Shown: piece after piece, positions 1 through 11,560 of the stretch
Layout: every line of letters begins with the position of its first letter
Position numbering within the stretch: the first letter of the stretch is position 1
Assembly: GCF_036321535.1 (NCBI RefSeq)
Contig: NC_087437.1
Location: forward strand, 15,998,001-16,062,000
DNA from: Camelus dromedarius
Taxonomy: Eukaryota
Direction: 5' to 3'
DNA: 64,000 nucleotides
Notes under the pieces: model-generated
What the model was told of the DNA's origin: nothing
The model's database searches: none
Seen by the model: only the letters and a program-made list of their open reading frames with translations
Program-made: the position numbers and the translations under genes

Positions 1-862
1 AAGCAGCCAGAGGGCCCCACTGTGCTGCACGCTGGAGCCCCAAGCTTCTGGGTTTGGGCCGGTGCCTTGTGTCTACCTCGCTGTCTCCCTCACTTGTCTG
101 CTCTTAATCTCACTTGATGAATGTGGCGAAAGGTGAATCAAGTGCCCTTGTGGCAGCACTGATGTCCACCCCTCTGCGCTGGGGCGTACTGTGAGTGGGA
201 ATGGGGGGGTGGCCTGCCTGGCGGGCAGTGGGCTCCGCCCTCTCCTCCTCTCCCCCTCCCCCGCTGCCTGTGGCCCCTCCACGCCCTGGAGAGCGGGAAG
301 GCCCGGCCACAACAGGGGCTTCCGCGCTAGCTTGTCTTCACCGCTGTTCCGGATCTCCTGGGCACAGCTCTCCTGCTGGCGTGTAAACAGAGTCCAAGCA
401 GCGTCTCTGAGCCTCTGCTCACATCCAGCTACCAGGAGGGCGTGCGTCAGTCTGCAGCCCTGCAGGTCCTCCCACCACCTACTCAGCCCGTCCTTAGGCG
501 TCAGCCCAGGCTCCAGAACTCCTGAGCTGCTGCTGCCGCTTGCCCGTGGCCGGCATCTACAGCTCCACCTGCGCCTTCAGCACCGGCCACCCTGCATCGC
601 CCTTTGGCTCAGCTTTGGCATCTCCTACCTATGTCTAGAGAGTGCTTGTTCCTTTAATGGATGTGGAAAGGGGTCCATGGTTGTAAGGATGTGGGAGGGC
701 TCTTCTCTGCGGGCTCCTGAGACCTTCATATCCCAGGATGCTTCTTAAGACTCCAGTAAGGAGGTGTAGTATGAACCTTCTTCTCAACTTACGTGAGCAC
801 AGGAAGCTACTCTCCTTGGAACACCCAAGGGCACCTCCCCGAGTACAGTTTGGGAGAAGCAG

Positions 863-1078
863 TTTTTTTTGTAACTGATGTATGGTCGATTTACAATGTG
901 GTGTTAATTTCTGGTGTACAGCATAGTGATTCTGTTATACATACATATATATATATTCCTTCTCATCTTCTTTTTCATTATAGGCTATTACAAGGTATTG
1001 AATATAGTTCCCTGTGCTCTACAGTGCGACCTTGTTATCTATCTATTTTATATATAGTAGTGTGTGTCTGCAAATCAA
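863..1078 (-). mobile_element. L1 3'-UTR fragment (artiodactyl-type)
   Basis: Poly-T followed by 'tttacaatgtggtgttaatttctggtgtacagcatagtgattc...aatatagttccctgtgct'. Homologous to 6575-6743 and 29522-29720. Confidence 0.8.
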
Positions 1079-1861
1079 ATTAGACTCCTCACTCAGGTTC
1101 CTGAAATGATCCTATGGATGTTATCAAACAAATCATCTCAGAGAGTATTTTTTATGCACCTAGTGTATGCAGGGTATCCGGTTGGTCCTTTCAGCAGCAG
1201 AATCTTCTGTCCAAATTCCATTCTGTGAGAAAACTGGGGCACTTAGGCTCAGCTTCTCTGCAAGTCTCACTTCTGAGATAGGAAACATTCCTGAGGCAGG
1301 AAACTTCTGAGAAGGAGCCCTTTCTGAGTGAAAACAGTCGTTTCCTGCTTCACAGCTCTTAAGCTGCCATTTAGAATTCAGGTGTCACCCGAGAGTCTCT
1401 GAAGCACCACGTTATCTGGATATTAAGACGTGGGTCCCTTTTCCCCAGAGGACTGATCCCCGGTGGCTCACCTCATCATAGGGAGGTCTCCCAACCTGCC
1501 GTTACTTCAGGGGTGAGCTCCCACCTGCCTGAAACAACTCAGAAGGGGGAGCAATAAAGAAAGAGGAGGGGGATGGAGAAGGGAGGAAAGGAAGAGAGTA
1601 AACGGGGGAGGAGGAGAGGCGGTGCCTTGCACATGCAGGGGTTTGGGGAGCAAAAGCCGCCCAGCCTCCCAGGTTCACTGTCAGTGTCAGTTGGATGTGG
1701 GGGGCATGGGGATTTTCCCTGTTTTAGGTGTGACAGATATTTACTTCCTAAAGGGAGTGGATTGGGGTGGTGATGCTGTAGACATAAAAGAGCAAATAGC
1801 ATCCTAAGGCCTCAGACGCCTAGGGCAGCTGAATGGGGCCTTAGAGGCTCCAAGATGTGAG

Positions 1862-1955
1862 GACATGGGCTCTGGTTCCAGCTCTGCCACTGCTAACATG
1901 TGACCTTAGACTAGTTCCTGTGTTTGGGCCTCAGTGTTCTTGTGTGTAAATGGGC
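1862..1955 (+). mobile_element. MIR SINE fragment
   Basis: MIR core 'ccagctctgccactgctaacatgtgaccttag...gcctcagtgttcttgtgtgtaaatggg'. Confidence 0.65.
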
Positions 1956-2054
1956 CACAGTTCCCAGAGGCAGTGCCTGTGAGGGCTGAACTCAGGGCAA
2001 GGCCACAGGGAAGGGTGAGAGCAGCAGTGTGCATGCGCGCTCTCTCTCTCTCAA

Positions 2055-3190
2055 TAATAAGATAGTTCATAACCATAAAATCCACCCTTTAAGGTGGCTT
2101 TTAGTGTATTCACAAAGTTATGCAATCATCACCACTGCCTTATTCCACAACATTTTCAACACCCCAAAATAAGTCCATACCATCAGCAGTCACTCCCTTT
2201 TCCCCTCTCCTCCTGGACCCTGGCAACCACTAATCTACTTTCTGTCTCTATAGATTTGCCTGTCCTGGACATTTCATGTAGATGGAACCATACAATGCGT
2301 GATCTTTTGTAACTGGCTCATTTCACTGAGCATGTTTTCAAAGTTCTGCATGTTGTAGCCTGGACCAGCGTGAAAAAGCAGGTTCATTCTTTTTTTGGGA
2401 CTGAATAATATTCCATTGGATGAAGATCCCACGTTTTGTTTATCAGTTGATGGACATTGGGTTGTTTCTATTTTTAGTTGTTATGAATAATAATAAGCAT
2501 TTGTGCACAGCTTTTGCATGGGTGTGTGTTTTCAGTTCTCTTTGGTTTGGAATTGGAAATTCTGGATCATATATGAACTCTACGTTGAGTTTTTTAAAGA
2601 AATGCAAAACTACTTTGCAAAGTAGCTGCACCATTTTACATTCCCACCAAGAATGTATGAGGATTCCAGTTTCTCCACATCCTCACCAACAATTCTTATT
2701 GCCCATATTCTTGATTATAGCCATCTTAGTGGGTATGAAGTGGTATCTCACTGTAGTTTTCATTTTCATTTCCCTAATGACTAATGTTGTTGAATATTTT
2801 CTCATGTGCTTATCGAGACTGTTGGTACATTTTTAGAGAAATGTCTATTTTTAAATTGGGTTATTTGTTTTTTTATCATTGTGTTCTAAGGGTTTTTATA
2901 TATTTTGGATACTAGTCCCTTTTCAGAGCTATGATTTGCAAGTAGTTTCTCCCATACTGTGGACTTCCCTTCCACTTTCCCAATAGTATCCTTCGAGGCA
3001 CGAAAGTTTAATTTTGGTGAAAGCTAATTGACCTGTTACTTCTTTTTGTTGCTTGTGTGTTTGGTGTCACAGTTAAGAAATTGTGACCTAAATCCAAGAT
3101 CATAAAGATTTGTATGTATGTTTTCTTCTGAGAGTTTTATGGTTTAAGCTCTTAATTGAGGTCTTTCATCCATTTGAGTTAATTCTTGTA
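2055..3190 (-). mobile_element. Old L1 (L1MB-like) 3' end plus ORF2 tail
   Basis: Typical antisense L1M text: 'ggcaaccactaatctactttctgtctctatagatttgcct', 'ccattttacattcccaccaagaatgtatgaggattccagtttctccacatcctcacc', 'gtgggtatgaagtggtatctcactgtag'. Confidence 0.9.
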
Positions 3191-6100
3191 GCCTGCTCTC
3201 GTAAGACAATCAATTCAATTAAAAACAAAACAAAACCTTCTTGTGTTCTGTTGGGCCAAGCCCAGCTTTCTTGTGGGTCACCAGTTTTGCAAGTTCTGAG
3301 CAAGGGATTTCTAAAAGATCTCTGTTCCTTCTCTGTCAGGCTGTCCACCTTTTATGAGTTAATGGAGAAGAATCTAGAACCCAAGGAAGACAGTTTAGAG
3401 CAGGACCTCCGGCAGCAGTAGAGGCCAGTGGGCTTGCCCTGGGCAGGGAAGTGTGCTGGGTTTCTGATGAGAAAAGCCAGATGGACACAGATGTGCCGGT
3501 GAGCAGGCTGCAGAGCTGAGTAAGGCCTTGCCAGGTTAGACTGGGGCTGACCCGGGTTCTGTGGGCTCAGGCCTGGTGTGATTGCTCCCATGTAGCGTCC
3601 TCCCAGAGTTCAAGCACTGACCTGCTTTCAGGAGCTCTGGGTCCCCTTGCTGGTTCTACTATAACCTGCTCTGTGATCCTAGGCCACTCACTGAACCACT
3701 CTGAACCTCCAGTGTTTACTCTGAAACATGACATTGGTGACCTTGTATTAAAGGTTCTAATGGCCATTTGAGTCCCACTGACATGGGATGCTTTCCAAAA
3801 CGTTAGAATGGTTTGATCGTGGAGATGGTGAGTAGTGTTTCCTCAAGGGCGTACCATGGGAACATGAGCGACAATGGTTGTGTGTTTGAATGACTGAGAA
3901 ACGCTAAGTTAAACACAAATAGGTCTCTTTACTATGGCACGTTCCAGAGCCTTTCTGGGAACGTCGAGCCTGAATCTGTAGGAGGGAGATGTGCTGTGCA
4001 GCATTTCCCAAATTAGTTTAACCATGAAAGAGCTATTGTAAAATGTGAATGCTGCCAGTTTCACATAATGTGAATGAAATGCCAGTTGTGGAGCTGAACT
4101 TGTGTCTGAAGTGATGCTGTGTGGGTCAGGGGTCACACTGTCCAACCTGGCACATAGTGTTATGCCTCTGAGAGATGCTTTGCACTCTAGGGTGCCCGAA
4201 ACAGTCCACCAAGCTCTGGATGACCTGTAAAATTTTCAGATCTTCACTCCCGGGGGGTCTGACATTCAGGGCTGCCTGCGTGCCTTTGTTGGAATTGGGC
4301 AGCCAAGGAACCTCAGAGTCCACCTGACCTGTTCTGGACCAGTGGGGCTTTGGCTTTTGATTGTGTCAGAGGTAGAAAGCCAGGTGTCTCTGGGCTCATC
4401 GATCAGCATTACTGGCAGTAGAACTGGCCAGGCCATTGGGAAGCTGAGCCCTGGAGTTTGGGAAAGAGTTCCCAGCCCAAGGAGGTAAGGAAGGGACTGT
4501 CAATGTCACTGCCAGATGGCCTTCCTCTTTTCATCAGCCCAGGTCATTTGCTTATTATTGTGAGGAGTTTGCGATGGAGTGGGTGGCGATAGTACTGAAG
4601 GAAAAACTGTACACAATAAAGTCATTAATTCATTTATTCAGATATCTTTTTGCATTCTATTTAACTCCCTGGTTTTGCAGTTTTATCCAGATGTTTGCAT
4701 TCTTTTGCACTGCTAAAGTACAAATTGAAAGCTGCAGGTTGGATGGCAGGGTGGGAGGTGGGTCTGGGGCAGGGGAGAGGGAGTTCCTCTGTCCTACCTG
4801 AGACAGGTGGATGGAAAGGGACAGCTGACTGTAAGCTCTGATTCTGCACACCATCAAAAAGATGCACGTGGCCAAGTGCTCGCTGTCCTACTGCCTAGGT
4901 GTGGTCGGGAGGATCAGAGGGCGGTCGGTCTGGTCCATGTCTTCTTTCCTCCCACACAGCTGGAGGCTTCTGGGGAGTGGGCAGGGCCACCTCCTTCCAT
5001 GGGATCCTCCTCAAAGGCCAAGGAGACTTGCTCCCAGCCTGACTTCCTTTAGTGACCTGATCTGGCTCTGCCTTGGCATAAGTTTTGTAAACCTTCAATA
5101 ACAGGCAATCCTTCCCTGGAAGAACCACTAAGGATATCCTGTGGTTCCAAACATCCATTCCCTTTGGTTTTTTTAAGAGGGTTGGTGAGGGTTTTTATTA
5201 AAGGAAAGATAAGGGCAGACTGGTCTGGGTTCTGTAGCAGAGATGCTGGGATCCAGAGGTCAGACCAACACAGTCTTTGCTCGTGGGGACATCATAGTCT
5301 GGCTGAGGCTGACTGTGCCCACAAATTCACGGTACCAGGCTGAGAACAGAAGGATCTTAGAAAGGCAGGTACAGGTCAATGGCAGTTCAGAGAAAGAAAG
5401 ATAATTTCCATCCAGTTGGAGGGACATGAAGTCTTCATGAGAATAAAATGACTTTTAAAAGAGTCCTTAAAGAGGGTCGGAGTTGCATATGCTGTCAAAG
5501 GAAGGGTTTGTGTGGCTTCTTCTAAGAGTTCATGAAGCAGAGTGACAGGAAGATAAAGAGAGACCTTGCTGGACCTGGACGTGCAGTCTTAGATGCGGGG
5601 CTCTGGGGACTGAAAATGGAAAGCAGTTTGACACTTCTTTCTGTTCCAACAACGTTTCATTTGAAGTTCCGGGCATGTCTTCAGAAAGGGAGTGGGGGCT
5701 CCTCTCAGTGCTTTATTTTGGTAATGAGTGAAAAAGCTCTTGGCTCTAAATACCATCTATATGCTAATGACTCCAGAATTTACATCTCCACCAAGACCCG
5801 GGCTCAAGAAGCCATATATTCACCGACTGACTTGACATCTCCCCTTGGATAGCTAAGAGACCTTTCAAACTCAATGCCACCCACGTGGAACTCTTGATTT
5901 TCCCCTTCACATCAATCACTCCCCACTTTCTAACATCTTAATAAATGGCACCACCCCAGACCCCACTGTTGAATCAAATGAGTTAGGTCACTTCTGATTC
6001 TGCCCCTCGGCATCTTCCCCAGCCCTGCGTCCAGGCCATCAGCAGCTTCCATATCAGCTCCACCTCGAGAATATGTTCCAGTCTCTGCTCTGGTCTGTCT

Positions 6101-6574
6101 CGGCTGTAGAGCCCAGCCCCGTCTGCCATCCTCTTTCCCTTAATAAAACCATCACCATCTCTTTATTAAAAAGCCAAATTCCCTCCCAGCCCTCAGTGGC
6201 CTGACCCCACCCCGTTCTATGACATATCTCCTTCCACTCCATCCAGGCTCACTGGGCTGCAGCCACAGCAGCCTTCCTGCCTCCCAAATGGTCCACGGTC
6301 ATTCCTGCCTGAGGCCTTTGGCGCTTGCTACTCCTTCTGCCTAGACAGTTATTTCCCTGACCTTTCATGTAGCTGGCTCTGACCTTCCCAGACCTTACAG
6401 TCTAAAGCATCCCTCATGCCCCGTCCCTATCACCCTAATTTTCCCTGTTCTGTTGTCGTCAAGGCATTTACCGTTGCATGACCTTGTCTTAGGCATTTGT
6501 TGATTTGCTGTCTGTCTCTCCATCCCCTGTCTACCCTCGCTAGAATGGAAGCCCTGAGAGCCCCATGAGAGTAG

Positions 6575-6743
6575 TTTGTTTTTGTTTTTGTTTTTGTTTT
6601 TGTTTTTAAATTGAAGTATACTCAGTTTATAATGTTGTGTCAATTTCTGGTGCACAGCTTAATATTTCTGTTATACATATACATACATATATTTGTTTTC
6701 ATATTCTTACTCATTATAGGTTACTACCAGATATTGAATATAG
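6575..6743 (-). mobile_element. L1 3'-end fragment with (TTTTTG)n-patterned tail
   Basis: (TTTTTG)n tail followed by 'aaattgaagtatactcagtttataatgttgtgtcaatttctggtgcacagc'. Same family as 29522-30004. Confidence 0.8.
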
Positions 6744-6804
6744 CTTTATTCTCTTTCTGGTTCACTGTCCCGTCCTCTGCACTGTCACCCAGTAGCCCGA
6801 GCTT

Positions 6805-7742
6805 AAGAATACATTTTTAACTTATTTATAATGGAAAGGTTTAAACACTTGTGAAAGTAGAAAGAATAGGATAACGAACCCACTCCTGGGCCAATGTGTT
6901 TTCACCTGTCCCCCTGTGTGGAAGTAAACCCAAGACCTCATGTAAGGTTCATCTATACATATTTCAGGAAGTATCTCTTAAAGATAAGGGTTCTTTAGAA
7001 AAAGTAACTACAGTGCCATTATCATATCTAATGGCATCAAATATCCAGTGAGTTTTCAAAGTTCTCTAACTTTTTCTTTTTTTCAGATTTGTTGTTGATG
7101 TTTGAATTAGGCTCTAAAGAAGGTCCTTAAATTGCAATTGTTTATAATGTCTTTTAGTCTCTTTTAATCTGCAGTTCTCCCTCCAACTCTCTTGTTTTAT
7201 TCTTGAAATCTGTTGAAGAAACCAGGCACTTTGTCCTCTAGAGTGTCCCATAATCTAGGTTTGCTAATTGCATTCCAGTGATGCTGTTTCACATGTTCCG
7301 CTGTCCCCTGCATTTTCCGTAAATTGAACTTAAGAGGCTTGATAAGATTCAGGTTTGTTTCTTTGGAAAGAACGCTTCGGTCTCATCTCCTTCCATCAGG
7401 ATGCACATCGTGTCTGCTCGTCCATGATGTGAGAGGTATGGGTTATCCTCGCCCAGGCCCAGTATTTCATTAGACTTGACAAAATGGTAACACTCCTCTG
7501 TTTTCCCTTCTGCAAATATTAGCTGAAATACTTTCATAAGGAGAAATTTACCTTCATTGTGATTTGCTTACCCTGAGGTATAGTTTGTATAGAAAGGGCA
7601 GATAAATGCTTGACTCTTTCTCTTTGTCAGTTTTCCAAATAATGAGTTGGTCCCTACAGCTTCTAAAGTTGACCAATGAGGATTTTCATTTGAAATATCA
7701 TTATGCGCTCATAGATTTAAACATACGTGATGCATTTCCATC
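6805..7742 (-). mobile_element. Old L1 (L1MC-like) 3' UTR
   Basis: 'ttttataatggaaaggtttaaacac...aaagtagaaagaatagg' and 'atatttcaggaagtatctcttaaagataagg' resemble recalled L1MC4/5 3' ends. Confidence 0.65.
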
Positions 7743-9387
7743 AACAGATATTTGTTGAATGAATGAATGAATGAGGAAATGCAAGTTTAGGGCTTTCTGT
7801 CGGCTTTCCATTCTTTCTTTCCAGACTTTATAGTCCTGGAGTTTATAGGCAAAACCATTCAATGATTTTCCTTTAGGGTTAATTCTGTTCCTTAACTATT
7901 TACATCGTCTCCCAAGGTTTCATTGACTAAGTACCGCACAGTCCCTGCTTTTAGAAATATGGTTCTCCATCTGCTGCTGAGCAGAACGCTTTCCATTAGA
8001 TCTTGAATCACTTCATGATCAAAACCTACCGATGTCTTTCCCGCCTGGGAACGTGCTGGTCACTGGCCCAGAGGCAGCGGCACTGATCAGATCTGGTCCA
8101 GGCTCCTAGGCTGTGGGGTTGGGCCCAGTCATCTCCCCTCTGGGTCTCAGTTTCTGCATCTGAATGTGTAGGGATGGCACCAAGTTATGGCCAAGGCTCT
8201 TTCCAGTCCTTACATTTTGGGGAGCTGTCCCTTCTCCTCAGTGCATGTGACCTTTCGGTAAAGGCCATGTGAACAGCATCAGAGGGGGTGAGCGAGGCCA
8301 TGCTGGAGGGGCATGGGGAGCAAGGATGGGACCCACAGGCTGGCAGAGAGAGCCCACCACGTGTAATTCAGCCAGCGGCTTGAAAGGAGCCATAGATGGA
8401 ATATATATGCTGTTCTGTGTGCTGTTTTATTTGAAAACTTTCTGGAGTGTGATGGGAGCAGCAGCAGTGCCTCCCAGGTTAAGAAAGATTTCTGGGAATG
8501 TTTGGTGATCTCTGGATGTAGAAAGCTGTTTTCAAAGTATGATGCCCAGATCACTGTGACCGGATGCCTGAGCCATCCTTCCAGGGACCCCGCACTTTCT
8601 GTCAGGGCTGCTCCACACCCTCAGCCCATCTCTCCTATCTCTGCAGCCCTCCCGGAGCCAGAGGCAGCCTTGCCAGCCACCCTGGCAGCTCTGCCCATCT
8701 GGGAATTCAGACATTTGGCGTGCCAGAGGGTCTGCTGGCATTTTCCTTTTGTCTGCCGCAGAGTTCGATTGTGTGGGCATCCCTAGCCTGCATTCTGCGA
8801 GCTTTCTGATCAGCAGGCCTGCTGCTGGGTCCTCACCCTCCAACCACAGCGCCCACATTTCTCCATCTCCATCGGCAGCGTGCAACCCAGCCCCCCAGAG
8901 AGAAGGTCAGTTTCTCTGATGCTCACATGAGATGAGATGAGATGCTCACATGAGAGCCCGATGAGATGTCTAGGGAGGACGAACTGTCTCTTTCTCCTGC
9001 TTCCCAACACTAGCTGCCAATAGCTGGGGGCTGGTGGTGCTTTTTATTAGACAAGGACAAGGGTTTGGCTAATAAGGAGGTGTGGTGGCTTCCTACTCTC
9101 TGTGGTAGGAAGGCTGCTATCCTGCCTCCATCCCCATCGTCCTCACAGTTCTCCTCCATCTTTGCCTCCAGCTCGAGTGTAAATAGTGGGCAGGTCACTC
9201 TAAGAGGGGAGAGGTGTGCTCTGCACCCTGCGAGGGGCTGGCATGGTGAGGAGCCCCTGGGCCTTGTAGGCAGTGTTACTGTCCTCACATTTGAAGCATC
9301 TGAGGATGGGGGATGGTAAGAGTCACATTGGTGGTTGGAAAACATCCCAAGAAGTGAACTCCTGGTGTCTATTTAGAAAGAAGGCAC

Positions 9388-10588
9388 AGTGGTGGGACAG
9401 TTGGATATTCATATACAAGAGAAACAAACTTAGACCCTGACCTCACACCATACGCAAATATCTACTCAAAATGGATCATTAACCTAAATGGAAAAACCAA
9501 ACCTATAAAACCTTCAGGAAAATATTTTTTGATCTTCCAGCAAAGCCTTCTTTGCTATGACTTCAAAAGCACAATCCGAAAGAGAGAAAATTGGTAAATT
9601 GGATTTCATCACAAATAAAACTTTTGCTCTTCAGAAGAGACCATTAAGAAGATTAGAAGACACAGCACAGATTGGGAGAAAAATATCTGTACAACATACA
9701 TCTGATAAGGGGCTTGTATTCAGAATATATAGAACTTTTAAAACTCAATAATAGGAAGTCAAACAATTCAGCTAAAACATGAGCAAAATATTTGAATAGG
9801 CATTTCAGTAAAGAAGATATAAAAATGACTCATTTGTACATGAAAACATACTCACCATCATCAGTCAGCAAGAAAATGCAAATCAAAACCACAATAAGAT
9901 ACCACTTCAGGCCCACTAGCATGACTATAATTCTTAAATTTTAAATCTAAAGAATGGGCTCCTTGTATGTTACTGATGGGAATGTAAATTGCACAGCTGT
10001 TTTGGAAAACAATTTGGCCATTTCTTAAGTGAAACATAAATTTACCATATGACCCAGTAATTCTATTCCTAGGTTTCTACCCAAGAGAATGGAGACATAT
10101 GTCCACACAATGACTCGGATATACATGTTCACGGCAGCATTATTTGTAACAGCCAAAATGTGGAAATTATACAAATGTCTATAGACTGGTCAATGGAGAA
10201 ACAAAATGTGGTATATCCGTACAATGGAACGTTATTTATCAATAGAAAGGGATGAAGCATTCATATATGCTGCAATATGGATGAACTTCAAAAACATTAT
10301 GCTAAGTGAAAGAAGCCAGATGCAAGGAAAATATAAAACAAGTCTATGTAGTATCTAGAAAAAGGACTCTGTAGACCGAAAGTAGACCAGTGGTTGCTCA
10401 GGGTTGGGGTGGGAGCAGTTATTGACTGTAAATGGGCATGAGGGAGCTTTTGAGGGGGGTGATGGAAGTGTTCTAAAGTTGGATTGGGGTGATTGTTGCA
10501 CAGCTCTATAAACTCACTAAAAATCGTTGAACTGTACACTAACATGAATTTTATGGTGTGTTAATCATACCTCCTAAAAGCTGTTTAA
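9388..10588 (+). mobile_element. Old L1 (L1MB-like) ORF2 end plus 3' UTR
   Basis: 'cctcacaccatacgcaaatatctactcaaaatggatc', 'aaatgcaaatcaaaaccacaataagataccac', 'atggatgaacttcaaaaacattatgctaagtgaaagaagccag'. ORF 9557-9751 is a degraded ORF2p piece. Confidence 0.9.
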
Positions 10589-11394
10589 GAAGCAGAAAGG
10601 AAGAAGGGAGAGAGGTAGACTCCAAGTGTGCTTCGCCAAAGGGACCACCTCACAGAGAGAGAGAAAGGGAGAGTGGCTGATGGGCCTCATAAAACAAGTC
10701 TCAGCCTCCAGAGAAGGGTGCAGGTTCCACCTGGTCCTACTGCTGAGCTGAGTCCTGAGGATCTCCTACTGCCCCCTGCAGGAGAGGCAGCCCTCGGCTG
10801 CTTATTCTCTCTTCCTCTCTCAGATAGCATGTGTGTCTTCCTGCTCTCCTAGCCACTGCCCCTGACTTGCCAGCTCAGCCCTGCCCCTCCCAGCTCTGGT
10901 GTCAGCTGTCCCTCCTGCCCTCTCCATGGACCTGGCAGGAATTTCCTCTGATGGCCACGCCTGCCTTTCAGCCTACCGTGAAGTGGCTGGGCGTAGACTT
11001 GCTGGGCACTGGTTGCAATCCCAGGGAAGGGGAAGACATAGGAGGAGATGCTGACTGGATTGACAGGGAGCTGAAGGGACACCGTATTGGGTGTGGGCAA
11101 ACATAAAGACCATCGGATGTGCACCACTTTAACACACACACGGGGGTGTGGATGGGGGCTGGACAGCCCAGCGAGTGAATCTTGGGGTTATAACTAGAGG
11201 TTGGATGCTCTGGAGCAGCTAAGGTCTTTGTGGGCTGACTTCGCTGAGTTTCAGTTGAGACCCCCTGGAAGGTCCGCCTTCCCATTGGTGTAGTCATTAA
11301 CCTCTGAGTATGACTCATCCCCTCAGAACTTTGAGCCTAATTTGGCAGCCCTTACCATGAGGTAGACTCTATCAAATGGATGTAATCAGCATCA

Positions 11395-11560
11395 ATTCAT
11401 TTAATCCTCACAAAACTCTTTGAAGTAGGTGCTATTGTTAATCACTCCATTTTGCAGATGGTGGAACTGAGGTCCCTAGGGTAAGGCAGATAGGCTGAGG
11501 CTTGGATAGCAACCAGCGGCACAGCCTGGACTGGAGCCTGAACACTGGGCCTCTAGGTCC
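11395..11560 (-). mobile_element. MIR SINE
   Basis: 'tcatttaatcctcacaaaactctttgaagtaggtgctattgtt...ccattttgcagatggtggaactgagg'. Confidence 0.75.

Larger units (their letters stand above)
5741..7774 (+). mobile_element. L2 element 3' region interrupted by two L1 insertions
   Basis: L2 motifs 'aaataccatctatatgctaatgactcc' and 'ctagaatggaagccctgag', plus the terminal 'atatttgttgaatgaatgaatgaatga'. L2 pieces lie at about 5741-6572, 6744-6800 and 7743-7774. Confidence 0.75.

Noticed and set aside
191..748. 185-aa ORF in the GC-rich patch
   Set aside because: Non-ATG start, composition expected from GC-rich non-coding DNA, and no homology recognised.
2420..2836. 138-aa hydrophobic ORF
   Set aside because: It is the antisense reading of an L1 ORF2/3' region, a common false protein.
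8918..8955. 15-bp direct repeat gatgctcacatgaga around (GATGA)n
   Set aside because: Local slippage duplication. It is not an array and there is no element between the copies.
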